Below are positions 26,576 to 40,636 of a stretch of 64,000 nt of DNA, in pieces. The notes beneath the pieces are model-generated. The model did no database searches and was not told the DNA's origin. It was given only the letters and a program-made list of their open reading frames with translations. The stretch is taken from assembly GCF_006345805.1 (NCBI RefSeq), contig NC_042998.1:105958001-106022000 (forward strand). The letters are read 5' to 3'. The stretch comes from Octopus sinensis. Lineage: Eukaryota. A program made the translations under genes and the position numbers. Position 1 is the stretch's first letter, and every line of letters begins with the position of its first letter.

Positions 26576-28032
26576 ATTCTTGTCATTCATCATCATCGTT
26601 TAACGTCCACTTTCCATGCTGGCATGGGTTGGAGGGTTTGACTGAGAACTGGCAAGCCAGGAGGCTGCACCAGGTTCCAATCTATCTGACAAGGTTTCTG
26701 CAGCTGAATGCCCTTCTTAATGCCAACCACTCCATGAGTGAAGTGAGTGCCTTTTATGTGCCACTGACATGGGGGCCAGTCAGGCAGTGCTGGTGTTGAC
26801 CATGCTCATATGGTGCTTTTTACATGCTACCAGCACAGGAGCTAGTCCGGCAGCACTGACATTGACTACACTCAAATGGTACTTTTTATGTGCCACCAGC
26901 ATGTCATCGACCATGACAACGACCAGGACTGTCATCGACCATGACAACGATTTCACTTGACTTAACAGGTCTTCTCAAGCACAGTATATTGCCCAATGAT
27001 TGAAGGGCCAAAATCATTGAGACAAATTTTCTCATTCATTAATTTTAGAATTTCTCTGTATTTTTTCTACCCTTTCAGAATGTTATTTTGGATTTATTTG
27101 TTTAATAATTAATAAATATTATCCTTGAGTTAATTCATTAATAATCATTTATTTATTTTTTTTACTTAAAGGATCTAAAGAATTCTTCCTGATTTAATTG
27201 TTTAATAATTAATGATTCGTTTAATGATAATTATTAATTTATTTATGTGCAGATAAACACATGAGGAAGAATGGAGGGACCCACCTACTGCAGTCCTCTC
27301 CACTCTCCCTCACACACTTTCTATGCCTTCACATATCTACCATATCCCTCTCCCAGCCACTTCAATTTCTCTCATCATCACCGACTACAGCTACTTCTTT
27401 CCCATCTTTAAACATCCCCCTCTATCTCCTCTCTACCACTTATACTCACCCCCACTTTTCCCTGTAGGTAAGTCCTAATGCATCTGCAACATCATCTATT
27501 TCTCTCACTCTCTCTCTCTATCTATCTATCTAACCCTTTCTCTCCTTCCTCTCATTTCTTTTCCTAGGAAGCTTGCTTCCTAGCTACATGGTTTCGGGTT
27601 CAGTCCCACTGCGTGGCACTTTGGGTAGGTGTCTTCCCCTATAGCCCCGAGCCGACCGAAGCTTTGTGATTGAATTCGGCAGGCGGAAGTTACTGCCGTG
27701 TGTGTATATGTGCGTGTAGGTGCTTGTGCCTCTCCGAAAGAGAGAGAGGGTAGGCAAGTCTCTCCTCTCTAGTAAGACAACTATCTCTATGTTCCTGTTA
27801 CACTCAAACCTTTCACCTCACACAAAGCCATTTCCCTCAGTTCAACTTCTTCTCTTAGCTGAAAGGTCTTCATCTCACAAGTCGTTTGGTGATCCCACTG
27901 GTGTTTGTGCTGCATAAAAAGCATCCAGTACTTTCTGTAAAGCATGCCAAAGCAGAAACTGGAATTCTATAGCTTGCCAGCTCCTGTCAAACTGTCCAAC
28001 CCATGCTAACATGGAAGATGCATGTTAAATGA

Positions 28033-28066
<34 letters not shown>

Positions 28067-29377
28067 GTTTTGGTGGCGACGGTGATGATGATGATGATGA
28101 TGAGGAGGAGGAGGAGGAGGAGGAGGAGGAAGATTCATTTATGCATTATCTCAAATCTTTTTGAATAACTATCTAGAACCTATAAAATTCTAAATCCCTG
28201 TGTACATCTTTTCCTCTTAATGACTCAAGAATTTTTTTTCTTATTTCCATACATAGGCAGATTATTATATCGATCTGCCATGAACAATCCTTCTTTCTCC
28301 TAATGTAGGCATTAATAATTTTTATCTACCATTCAGAGAACCATTCTTTTCCCCCATCTACCGACACTTTCATATATAGTGACTGTTCATTAGGAAGACC
28401 ATGTTTCTAACTGGCAATTATATTCCACTATCCAAAACATGTCTGGCCCCACAGAAATATTACCTTACTGGGAAGCAGGCCAGGGCTGGCAACTGGAAGA
28501 GTATCCCATTTTAGAAAATCTACTTCATCAAATTCATCCAACCCATGGATGGAAAGTGGACATTGGAACAATGATGATGATGATGAAGTATATTGGATGC
28601 TAGTGTTGAAGTAACATGCTGCTCTTACTGCTCAGAAATAATATGGAAAATTATGAGTAGAACACATTTTTGTTTAGCCCAATGTCAATACTGATCTCGT
28701 AGACTTATGACTCCATCATTGTTGTCAAGACCATTTTCTGCATTATTTAATCACATTATCATATATGTACATCACCATTTTGATTTTTGTAGCTTAACAT
28801 GCTCATGATAATATCTATTATCAAGTTGGTAGATATCAGCGCACATCAGCAAATAATTTCATTGCTGAAATCTATAAACAAAAACCACTATTTTATTCAG
28901 ATTCAGTGACCTGGGGGTAACTTTAACTGAAGAAATATAATTGGGTTGAAACACTGATGTCTCAAAGTCACTTTACATCAATGAATTGTGTTGTCAACAC
29001 ATCTGAAAGCAGAAGTTGTTCTCCCATGGCAAAATACAACAACAATTAAACATATTCATATTCAAATCTTCTAGAATGTTTAAAGAATCAATATGAATAT
29101 CATCATATCGTTACATACATATCTATTAAAGTATATATATGTATATGAATATATACATACCCATACACACACACATGTATATATATGTATGTATATATAC
29201 ATATATATGTTTGTATATATGTGTAATATATGAGTAATATTTATATACATATATACATATATATATGTATATATATATAAATACATACATATATGTATAC
29301 ATATCTTCATACATATATACATATATACATACATTATATAAATATATATATAATATGTGTGTATATACATATACATA

Positions 29378-29419
<42 letters not shown>

Positions 29420-29759
29420 TTATATACATACATATATATATATATTACATATTTATAGATATGATTATGTTACATATATGTGTGTGTGTTGTGAATTTGT
29501 ATGTGTGTATATCTTTGGAGGCTTAGCAACCTGAGGTTAGTCTTCTTAGGTTTCCCACTCCCACAGGTTCTATGCACTTTCAGATTGTTGCACTTCTTTG
29601 TACTGCTGTCATCCTCCCCACGCATCATCTTCTCATACTGGGACAGTCTCCTGTCTTGCCTATTTACATCTAATCGCTCATACATCTAGATTCTTCCTCG
29701 TTTTTGTTCTTTGTTTCTCAGCTTTTTTGTATTTTTCTTGCTTATGCAATTTAACATTA

Positions 29760-30300
29760 CACGTCCAACATATCATGTTCCTTTCCCATCGTCATTATCA
29801 TCAACACCATCACTGAACCCCACCCACCCAACCACAACCACCATTCTCACCATTACAACTATTAACCACCCAACTGCAACCGCTACCACTCCTGTTATCA
29901 CCACCACTGTCACATCCAGCATCATCATGTATACCACCATCACTCCACCTCTCCCACTTCCACCATGGCTATCTCCCCTAATCACAGCATTACTTCCCAT
30001 CACCACCACCACCACATCAACAACAACAACAACCCCAACAGCAACACTGCCACCAACATCACCACTACTGCCTCCTACACTCATCATTATCATCTCTTGT
30101 CATCACTACTACAACCACCACCAACACTTCCATTGACATCACCACTATCACTACCACCACTTTCACAGTCAGGACTACCACCACAATCACCCCCACCACC
30201 ACAATCACCCACCACCACCACCACCACAATCACCACCATTCACCACTATCACAGACACACAAAATCACACCTATCCTGAGCACTCACCACCAACATACCA
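29760..30300. repeat. (CAC/CAT/ACC)-rich low-complexity tract
   Basis: Degenerate trinucleotide repeat; similar tracts at 59350-59790, 62490-62880 and 63590-63840. Confidence 0.85.
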
Positions 30301-31379
30301 CTGCCGAGATCATTTCAACCATTGTATATAAGTGTATTGTCTTGTAATTTCCCAGCATGCCTCAATAACCAGCAGTAATTGTATACTGACAATGTGTTCC
30401 AATTTCAAAGACTGAACATTCGCTAACAATTTTTTTTTCTTGCTAATGAGCAGCATGTTCAGCTGAACTATACGCAGTTTGTTTATCCAATAGTAATTGC
30501 CTATTTATCTATGAATCTAATTAGACAAAGATCTCTTATTCAATACACACTAGCAAGGTTTTCACTCATGCAGTAATTTCCTAAACCCACATGCATACAC
30601 ACAAATTAACAAATGCTCACTTAAAATTCACACAGATATTCTCATACACCACCTTACCACACACACACACACACATACACAAACACACACACACACACAC
30701 ACACAAACAAACACAGACATATGCATACACCCACATGTGTACACATACATATATACGCACACATACAGGCAGACAGAATCACACACACAAGGAAGAAAAG
30801 CAATGCATTTCAAAACATAAGAAAACACACATACATACATAAATGCACACAGTTGCATGTACATTCACAAAAACACACACACAAGCACGCATGCACACAC
30901 ACACACACACATAACACATATGCATACAGATATTTTACCTACACATGCATACTTATATGCATATATATATATTTATATATACAGATAAAAGTACATGGCT
31001 TTTGTATGTAATACTAGATTATCATCAATTTAAACATATTTTTACTTTCTTACATAGCTTAGACAGGTTTTTAGCACAATATTTCATCATTTGGTGCAAG
31101 CCTTTATCATCTCATTCATAGCATTCATTTTCCTGAGATCAAGTCTCATCACATCTTCCCATATTTTCCTCAAACTTCCTCTTTCAAAGGTTCCTCCCTT
31201 GGCACATCTGTACTCAACTGTCATCTTCCATATGCATCACATGTCCATATCAGCATAAATTCCTCTTTCACATATGGTTCCCCTTAGACTTAATTTTGCT
31301 GTCATATGATTGAGTAAAACATTTGTAAAATAGAATTGAAAGCCTTCAAGCAACTGAGACCATGCAAGCAATTTGTTCA

Positions 31380-31441
<62 letters not shown>

Positions 31442-31481
31442 GTCTCTCTCTCTCTCTCCTGCTCTCTCTCTCTCTCTCTAC

Positions 31482-31567
<86 letters not shown>

Positions 31568-31572
31568 GTCTC

Positions 31573-31608
<36 letters not shown>

Positions 31609-31615
31609 TCTCTAG
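31380..31615. repeat. (CT)n then (ATCT)n microsatellite
   Basis: Direct reading. Confidence 0.95.
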
Positions 31616-32269
31616 ATGTATTTTAAAAGATAAAAAAACAAAAATCAAGAAAGATGATTCCAATTAGTTCATCAAATTTTTTGAACAATATAAGCAATGC
31701 AGACAGGAGTGAATTCATTATTTTAAAGCCAGCTTTAATGAGCATGTTTCTGTTTTATTAGACCTCTTCACTTCAGTGTATTTCCCCTCTGTTGTCAATA
31801 TTAAGAAAAGCAATTAGATAAATAGATACATACATACATACATAGACAGACAGACAAACAGACAGGCTGACAGACACAGACAGACAGATAGAATAATGGG
31901 TTAAAAAAATTATTTGAATGCCAGTGACATGAACGTGGATAACAAGAATGAATATAGATATATCAAATACCATAGAAGGCAAATTATTGATTTATTGAGA
32001 TGACAGAAAAACAAGACATGGAAGGCAACTGCAGCAAGAAATGAGAAAGGCTGATAATCTCAAGAGTTAAGAATTCTTTGTAATTAACAAGTCATTATGG
32101 GGAAAACAGACGTCTTTACGCAAGAGACAGGAGGACAGTGTGAACACGTGTTTCCTATATTGGTTGTTAATAGTACAGCTGTTCTCTTATATTGACTCCA
32201 GCATACCTAAAACAAAAATAAAGGGTATAATTCCAACAAAATTGAGCTGAGAGAATTAACTCAGTGGAG

Positions 32270-32310
<41 letters not shown>

Positions 32311-32526
32311 ATATAATTTGTGAAATAGAAAGATGAATAATCTTGTAGTAGATTAATCAAAAGTTTAACCGATACCTTAGTAGCAAAAATCACAGCAGTA
32401 ACAGCACGGTTGGAGGTACAACCATCTGGCGTTGCAACCGTGCGTTGGTGCGGATAATTGAAATTAAAACATTATTGGTGAATTGAAGAAATGGAGCTGA
32501 ACGCAGATTGAACAGAAATCGTTTTA

Positions 32527-32616
32527 TTTCATTCTACACGTGTTTCGAAAGGCACAAATTACCAAAATCCGATTGAATAATGGGACCATATTGTGTCTTT
32601 CTCTTCAGGAAGAAAA
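32527..32616 (-). ncRNA. Intact type I hammerhead ribozyme (left-arm copy)
   Basis: Exact mirror of 32748-32837. Confidence 0.85.
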
Positions 32617-32747
32617 AAGGAAATCCGTTGGAAAAACAAAAACAGAACAGAGGCGGAGCAAAAACAAATCGAACTACGCTCCTAAGAGCCCATGGCGAAA
32701 CCATGTTCCGCCTCTGTTCTGTTTTTGTTTTTCCAACGGATTTCCTT

Positions 32748-32837
32748 TTTTCTTCCTGAAGAGAAAGACACAATATGGTCCCATTATTCAATCGGATTTT
32801 GGTAATTTGTGCCTTTCGAAACACGTGTAGAATGAAA
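32748..32837 (+). ncRNA. Intact type I hammerhead ribozyme (right-arm copy)
   Basis: Stem I ttttcttc/gaatgaaa; core CTGAAGA (32756-32762); stem II gaaagacacaa/ttgtgcctttc closed by G-C; GAAA (32818-32821); palindromic stem III ACACGTGT; GUA site at 32829. Confidence 0.85.
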
Positions 32838-33487
32838 TAAAACGATTTCTGTTCAATCTGCGTTCAGCTCCATTTCTTCAATTCACCAATAATGTTATAT
32901 ATATATATATATATATATACATAATTAAGATTCAGTTGAATTACCCTTTTTATGTAGATAAAGCTAGATAAATGGTTCCAGTATATTGGGAGTCTAATAG
33001 AATGTCTGACATTAATTGATTTATCACCATTAACTAGAATACAGTTGACAACTCCCGATGGATTCCATTTTAAATGATTGAAGATTACATACTACATAAA
33101 GTCTTCTAAATATAAGTAACTACGTCACAGCTCTTTTTATGTTGATCCCCACTATTCCCTCTGCTCTAAATTATAGTAGGCTTAACAAGGTATGCATTAT
33201 TTTCTAAACTCATTCTGCCACAGTTATAACAAAAGAAGCAATGTAAATATTTTGGTCTCTATTATTGATGTATATTTGTTTAAAAAATGGTTTATCCTTT
33301 ATGTCTGAAGTCTATGTCTTCATCTGGTGAGAACAGTTTCTTTCAAATTGATGTCATGTTTTCATTAATCAATTAAACAGAACTGCTTGAAACAGCCCTA
33401 ATGAATTAACACCTGTACATCTTTGTTTTTTTATTTATATTCTGTTCACCTATATTTATATGTAGATGTGTGTATGTGTCTGTGTGA

Positions 33488-33890
33488 TTGGCTGTGTGGT
33501 AAGAAGCTTGCTTCTCAATCACATGGTTCTGAGTTCAGTTTCACTGAATGGCAACTTGGTCGAGTGTCTTTTACTACAGCCTCAGGCTGACCAAAGCCTT
33601 GTGAGTGGATTTATTTGATGGAAACTGAAAGAAACCTGTCTTATATACATGTATATATGTCTTTATCTATGTGTGTGTGTCTGTGTTTATCTCCCCCCAC
33701 CCTTTGCATGACAACTGATGTTGGTGTGTTTACATCCCTCTAACATTAGCAGATCAGCAAAACAGACCAATAGAATAAGTCCCTAGGCTTACAAAGAATA
33801 AGTTCTAGGGTCAATTTCTTCAACTAAGACCCTTTAAGGCAGTGCTCCAGCATGGCCACAGTCAAATGACTGTAACAAGTAAAAGAATAA
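33488..33890 (+). mobile_element. Long tRNA-derived SINE
   Basis: Same family as 44518-44935; further copies at about 27565-27700, 38560-38935, 42640-42980(-) and 63362-63500. Confidence 0.85.
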
Positions 33891-33964
33891 AAAAAAGTAT
33901 ATAAACACACATGTATATAAACACACATGTATGCAAATATATATTTATATACATGCATAAATAT

Positions 33965-34145
33965 TGGTCTCACAGACCAGTGGGCAAACACCAACATGAC
34001 TGCAAGAACTAAATATATTTAGTGGGGCACCACTCTATTTATGCATGTACCCGATGTGGCCCAGATTGCACTAATCAATGCAACACAATTGGATGCACAA
34101 CATCCCACCCATAAAGGACAGCCACAGGAGGGGTTGAAACGATCA
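33965..34145 (+). mobile_element. RTE-like LINE extreme 3' end
   Basis: IYACTRCGPDCT.. resembles the terminal C..CG.DC motif of RTE ORF2. Confidence 0.45.
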
Positions 34146-34334
34146 TCATACTAAATAAAGACTAATGCCAACACCATCCTCCACTTCATTCATCAATTTA
34201 TTATTATTATTATGATTATTATTATTATTATTATTATTAGCATTATTATTATTATTATTAGCATTATTATTATTATTATTATTATTATATAGATAGATAG
34301 ATAGATGGATGTATATATGTGTAGATATATATAT

Positions 34335-34368
<34 letters not shown>

Positions 34369-35084
34369 CACACACACACACACACACACATACATACACA
34401 TACATACATACATACATACATACATACATACATACATACATACATACACTCCTTTATCTCAAAATGGCAGCTTTAATTTGAAAGACAAAAGAAATCCTGG
34501 TGTGTCCCAGGAACTTGACATGTGTGCTTTCTTTTGTTGGAAGCAATCAGGCCTGCAAAATAGATTGTATTATTTAACTGCATTAAAATACAATAAAAAC
34601 GAATTACAAAAAAAATATATATATATAATGATAATAATTTTACACACAAATCATCCTCACTATCATTGCATACATTTTTCATGCTGTCTTTTCAATGGGT
34701 GGGGTCTTCTCCAGCCAACGTTCCATCACTTGTTATGATCTTTTGTTATTTCCTTTGTGTGATTCTAATCTCAACAGAAAATATTGAAATGAAGAAACAA
34801 AGTCGGAGTTGAATAAACAAAACTGGAAATAGGAGAATAACAGTACAAAGAAAGCAATAACACTTTTTTTCTTCAATTATCAAAAACATAATTTTGTGAC
34901 CAAAGTAATTAGATAATATCAAGAGACACTGATTTGTAGTTTGTTTTTTCTTTAATCATGTATTTTGCAGGTGTTCTACATTTCTTCTTCTTCGTTTTTT
35001 TTTTCTGTAAAGGTATGTAAGTACAAATTTAATTACTACAACACTGTTGTTGCATTCAGTCAAACCCTTGTTAAACAGACATGT

Positions 35085-35465
35085 GTGGAGGTGCAATGGC
35101 CCATTGGTTAAGGGCAGTGGACTCGTGGTCATAGGATTGTGGTTTCGATTCCCAGACCAGGTATTGTGAGTGTTTATTGAGCAAAAACACCTAAAGCCCC
35201 ACGAGGCTCCAGCAGGGTGTGGTGGCAAACCCTGCTGTACTCTTTCACCACAACTTTCTCTCACTCTTTCTTCCTGTTTCTGCTGTACCTGTATTTCAAA
35301 GGGCCAGCTTTGTCACACTCTGTCACGTTGAATCTCCCTGAGGACTACATTGAGGGTACATGTGTCTGTGTAGTGCTCAGCCACTTGCATGTTAATTTCG
35401 CAAACAGGCTGTTCCATTGAACAGATCAACTGAAACCTTCGTCATCATAACCAACAGAGTGCCAC
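35085..35465 (+). mobile_element. tRNA-derived SINE (mosaic head/tail)
   Basis: A/B-box-like head (TGGCCCATTGG; GTTTCGATTCC); 5' half shared with 60950-61256 and 3' half with 60355-60540. Confidence 0.8.
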
Positions 35466-35554
35466 GATAAACAGACATGTGATCAACATTGTTCCAGCCA
35501 TGATCAACCTACTTTCATACTATATATTGTGTATCTAGGACTGATTATCTAAGG

Positions 35555-35981
35555 CAGTGGTTCTCAACTGTGGTTCATATAAGATTTTGTTGTGAACATT
35601 TATGTGTAGTAAATTGATTATACTTCTAAACTACACAGAATATTATAACAATTTTTTATACAATTCTTAATAATATTGATTTCAAATTTTGGCACAAGAC
35701 AAACAGTTTCATGGAAGGGTGCACGTTGATTACATCGACCACAGTAATCAACTAGAATTTATTTTATTGACTTCAAAAAGATGAAAAGCAAAGTCGACCT
35801 CAGCAGAATTTGAACTCAGAATGTTAGCAGCTGAACATGCTAACTGACAATTTCTAATAATATTCAATAATGAAGATGCAGTAGGATTTTCTTTTATAAA
35901 CATTGAATGGCTATGGAGGTCAAGGAGAGTAAAAAAAGGAATCAAAGGGGTCCCTAGTTAAAAAATGGTTGAGAATCACTG
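35555..35981. mobile_element. Non-autonomous hAT element containing a SINE insertion
   Basis: TIRs CAGTGGTTCTCAAC / GTTGAGAATCACTG; TSD ATCTAAGG / ATCTAAGA. Confidence 0.85.
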
Positions 35982-37399
35982 ATCTAAGACGTTATCTAAT
36001 GTGACTTACTTTTTTTTTTAAGACATTAGTGCATGACTTAAAGATGATTTGGCTGCTCTTGTTAGCAGGTCAAGTAAATGCATTCATATCTTTTTAATCC
36101 TTTTAAAATAAAGCTTGATCAAAGTTAATAGATATTATATTAATGATTGGGACTCAGAGGGGTTGACAGGGGACCGAGACACCTGGCAGTTTGCTGTACT
36201 TGAAAAGACATGTCATGCTAAGTAAAAGCATAGTTGCTCTTATACACAGCCTTGTCCCTTGTGACCCTCTCCAGTTGAGCATCCTTAATCTTGCAGGCTT
36301 GTAAGTGCTAGTGCAACATAAAAAAAACACCTATACCAGTGCTGCACAAAAGCACCCATTATACTCTCTAAAGTGGTTGGTGCTTGGAAGAACATCCAGC
36401 CATAGAAACCATGCTACAGACCTTCAGCTGGTCAGCTGCTGTCAAATCGTCTAACCCAAGCCAGCATGGAAAACAGACATTAAATGATGAGGATGTGGAT
36501 TGTGATGATGATTGACTGGGTAATACTGTTTGGGATGCTATCATTCATACAGTATCACTTGATCAATCATTAATAGAAGAAGGCTTCATTAGGGCTCCCA
36601 GTAATCTCTATAATAAAAAAATCTATCAAATCTTAAAACATAATCCCCATTACCTTCTATACCATCAAACTGAAGCTTCTATCATTTGCATTCACTGTCA
36701 CTACTCCTTATCATCTCTTTATCATCTTCCCCACCCAACATTCTCCCTCCATTCTCCCTCCATTCTCACCCTACTCCTCTCCTTTTTCATTCCCTTCTAG
36801 TAAACACCCCTCAATCCAACAGATATCTGTCTCTGTATATTTATCCTCACTAACCACCTAGTACATGTCATCACTATATCTTCCTCTTCCAATTAGACCA
36901 TAGATCTATTTACCTCCCTATATAAGCATTCTCCATTTCCCCAGCTGCTATATGCCTTCTTCTTCTAATGATGAGATTGGTTGCATACCATATTCCATAC
37001 TGCTGGAAACAACTGTAAAGTACTATCTGCTCCTTTTCTATCCATTACTAGTGAGTTTTTCTTTAGTGATCCCATAGATTTAACTCACTCATCTAGGCCA
37101 AATCGTCACTAAGGACTTCTCAAACATTTTCCTGTCTGATCCTGGAGTATACCTGTCTATACCAAATCACTTTGAACATCCAGCTTCTGAATTTTTGCTG
37201 GTTTTCTTCTATATTATTATATATGCTCATACATCTTTGTTTCCTCCTCAGTATGTTATATAAATCCATACCAATATTAGTGTATATACAGCCAAAGCTA
37301 GTGTAATATGTTATATAAATATGCTATAAATTGATTTGATACTTTACAACCGCTTGTTCATATTTTGCTCTATTAGACCTATATATGTATATATATATG

Positions 37400-37435
<36 letters not shown>

Positions 37436-37534
37436 GTAAATCCCAAAAAAAGAAGAACAAACACAAAAAACAAGAATGAGAGGACATGGTACATGTAAAG
37501 TATTAGCAGACACTCAGGGAAGGAAAGAAAGATG

Positions 37535-37569
37535 GTTTAACGTTTTGAGCATTGCTCTCCTTCAGAAAC
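37535..37569 (-). ncRNA. Degenerate hammerhead motif in a PLE fragment (about 37440-37600) next to (TA)n
   Basis: gttt-CTGAAGG-a-gagc aat gctc-AAAA-CG-TT-aaac. Stems intact, but A9G and G12A substitutions predict inactivity. Confidence 0.5.
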
Positions 37570-38734
37570 AGAGTAAAGTCCAATAGAAAGGAAGACAGAC
37601 AGACAGACAGACAGACAGACATACATACATACATACATAAAATCTCTAACTTGGAAAAAAGAGGTTTCTGGTTAGAGTGCCTTACGCCACACATCTGCTG
37701 AGTAAAGGTTCCTTTAGAACAAGAACAACAATATCAGTTAAAAAGATATATTAATGATTCAGTGGTAGATGTTCACAATATAACTCACGCTTTGTAAGTT
37801 TTGAATTGATCCTAGAAAGTGTCATATGATTTATGGCTCATAAGCTACAAGAGGACTTCAAGAATAGGGTAGTTGCTAAGAGATATTTAACAATTCATGT
37901 CTGGTTAAAATGGTCGTTCTTAACAATTTTGGATACCCATTTCAATATATTTTATGTATAAGTGAAAATTAGTTCTTTTTATTGATTCAGTGTTTTATGT
38001 TTAGCTGTGAATAATGTTTCTAAATACAATGTAACCGGGTAATGTGATTTCAGTATTATTTTGTTTTTATGTTCATTTTCCCATCCTAGTGAGAGTTAGA
38101 CAAATATATTACTGAGCTATTGTTTTTACAGCTGGATGCCCTTCCAGTTGCTTTCTTATATATTTTTGGGGTAAGGCATATTTTATTCCAGATTTTCAAA
38201 GTTGAAATGACAGCAATGTCACCACTTATACCAAAGGGATTCTATTGAAAACACATAAATGTAAGTTAAACACACACATATACATACATACTCATACATA
38301 TATAATACACACACACATACACACACACACACACACATATACATATATATATATATATATATACTAGGGGGTGCTGATGAAAAATTTTTGGCTTTAAGGG
38401 CATTGTGAAAGGCCTGATTGGCAGCCCAAACTTCCAAGGTATGTGTATATATATACATATATATATACGTATATGTAAATGTACGTATATATGTATGCAT
38501 GTATGTATATGTATATATATTCATGTTTGTATATGTATGTAATATATAATATATATATAGGGGCACAGGTGTGGCTGTGTGGTAAGAAGCTTGCTTCCCA
38601 ACCACATGGTTCTGGGTTCAGTCCCACTGTGTGGCACCTTGGGTAAATGTCTTCTACTATGGTCTGGGGCCAACCAAAGACTTGTGAGTGGATTTGGTAG
38701 ACCGAAACTGAAAGAAGCCTGTCTTATACATGTT

Positions 38735-38776
<42 letters not shown>

Positions 38777-39699
38777 TGCCTTTGTGTCTGTGTTTGTCTA
38801 CCACCATTGCTTGAGAACCAAATGTCAGTGTTTTTACATTCCCATAACTGAGCTGTTCAGCAAAAGAGTCCAATAGAATAAGTACCAAGTTTACAAAGAA
38901 TAAGTCAAATGGCTGAAACAAATGAAGGAATAAAAGAATATGTATATATAAATATACATACAAAGGTGTGCTGAAAATTTCTTGGCTTTAAGGCAAAAGG
39001 CCTGGCTGGAGGCCCAGCCTTCTGAGTTCTTTATCAGGGCTGAGGAAAACTGAAGGACTGCTGCAATAAGTGTATGAATTTGAGAGGAGAGTATCCTCAT
39101 CATCATAATTAACATCCATTTTCCATGGTGGCATGAGTTGGACTGCTGGACGGGAGCTGGCCAACGAGAGAGCTGTCCGGACTCCAATTGTCTGTTGTGA
39201 CATGGTTTGTACAGTTGGATGCCCTTCCTAATGCCAACCACTTTACAGAGTGTACTGAGTGATTTTTATGTGCTATTTTGAATAAAATAATAATTAACTG
39301 ATCCTCCTGTATTTTCTTTAACCCAAATCAAGGAACTTTCCAGCATTCCCTCATATATATTTATCATTATCATTATCATTTAGTGTCTGCTTTTCATTCT
39401 GGCATAGGTTAAATGGTTTGACTGGAACTAGTAAGTCAGATAGCTGCACCAGGTTCCAGACTGGTTTGGCATGGTTTCTACTGCTGAATGCCCTTCTTAA
39501 CACCAACTGCTCCAAGAATGTAATAGATGCTTTTTCCATGTCAATGGCATGGGTGCTTTTATGTGCCACCAGCATGGGTGCCAGTTACATGACACCAGCA
39601 TCAGTCACGACTATGATTTCACTTGGCTTGATGAATCTTCTCAAGCACAGCATATCACCAAAGGTCTTGATTACTTATCATCGCTTCTGTGAGGCCCAA

Positions 39700-40310
39700 C
39701 ATTCTAAGACCATGCTTCACCACCTCGTTCCATGTTTTACTGGGTCAACCTCTTGCACAAGTTCTTCTTCATAGTTAGAGATCAGCACTTTTTAATGCTG
39801 CTGTCCCCGTCCATATGCATCACATGACCATACCAGCACAGTCATCTCTCTGGCATACCACATCTGATGCCTCTTATGCCCAACTTTTCTCTCAAGATGC
39901 TTATACTCTGTTGTACATGCACACTGACATTGCACATCCAGCGAAGCATACTAGCTTCATTTCTATGCATGTCCTCAGCAGTAACAGCCTTTGATTCACT
40001 GCCATGTAGCATGGCTGTTTGCACACAGGCATTATACAATCTGTCTTTCACTCTAAGGGAAAGGCCCTTAGTTACCAACAAAGGTAAAAGCTCTCTAAAC
40101 TTTGCCCAGCCTATTCTTATTCAAGCAGCTACACACTTGGAACATCCACCTCCACTGCTGACTTGATCACCTAGATAACGGAAGCCATCAACCACTTCTA
40201 GGTGTCCCCCTTGACATTTGATGGAGTCTACTTTCTGTGCATCTCTAGTGTTTACTGGACCTGTACATCTGTCACACACAAAAGCTGTATTCCCTGTTAA
40301 CCTCCCTCCA
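39700..40310 (-). mobile_element. RTE-clade LINE, 3' part of ORF2
   Basis: LVTKGLSLRVKDRLYNACVQTAMLHGSESKAVTAEDM..; same family as 2600-3000; the 3' UTR continues to about 39380. Confidence 0.85.
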
Positions 40311-40602
40311 ATATTGCGACACCTCTTATGTGTCTATGTGTGTGTGTGTGTGTGTGTGTTAAATAAAATAAGATAACAAGGCCAAGGCCTTGTTAGTCCT
40401 GGGATATTGCACACACACACACATATATATACATGCACAAACACACATGTACACTCACATGCATACATATATACACAGACAGAGACACACACATGTAATA
40501 CACATATGCACACACACACATATGTATATACACATATATATTATGTATTTTTATATGTATCTATATATATATATGTAATATATGTATATATATTTATGCA
40601 TA

Positions 40603-40636
<34 letters not shown>

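Larger units (their letters stand above)
32316..32896. mobile_element. Young PLE-type pLTR insertion with perfect 190-bp inverted duplication, between two (TA)n tracts
   Basis: 32468-32657 is the exact reverse complement of 32707-32896, with a 49-nt spacer; CpG-rich relative to flanks; (TA)n at about 32272-32315 and 32897-32920. Confidence 0.8.

Noticed and set aside
29711-30279. Thr/Pro-rich mucin-like ORFs (also 59279-59721 and 63538-63882)
   Set aside because: Degenerate CAC/CAT trinucleotide tracts, open in several frames on both strands, with no splice context.
32534-32830. Two mirror-image 96-aa ORFs
   Set aside because: Products of the DNA palindrome; no domain; the sequence is explained by the ribozyme-bearing pLTR.
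34675-34770. Minus-strand exon-like segment
   Set aside because: Stops in all three frames and a weak donor.
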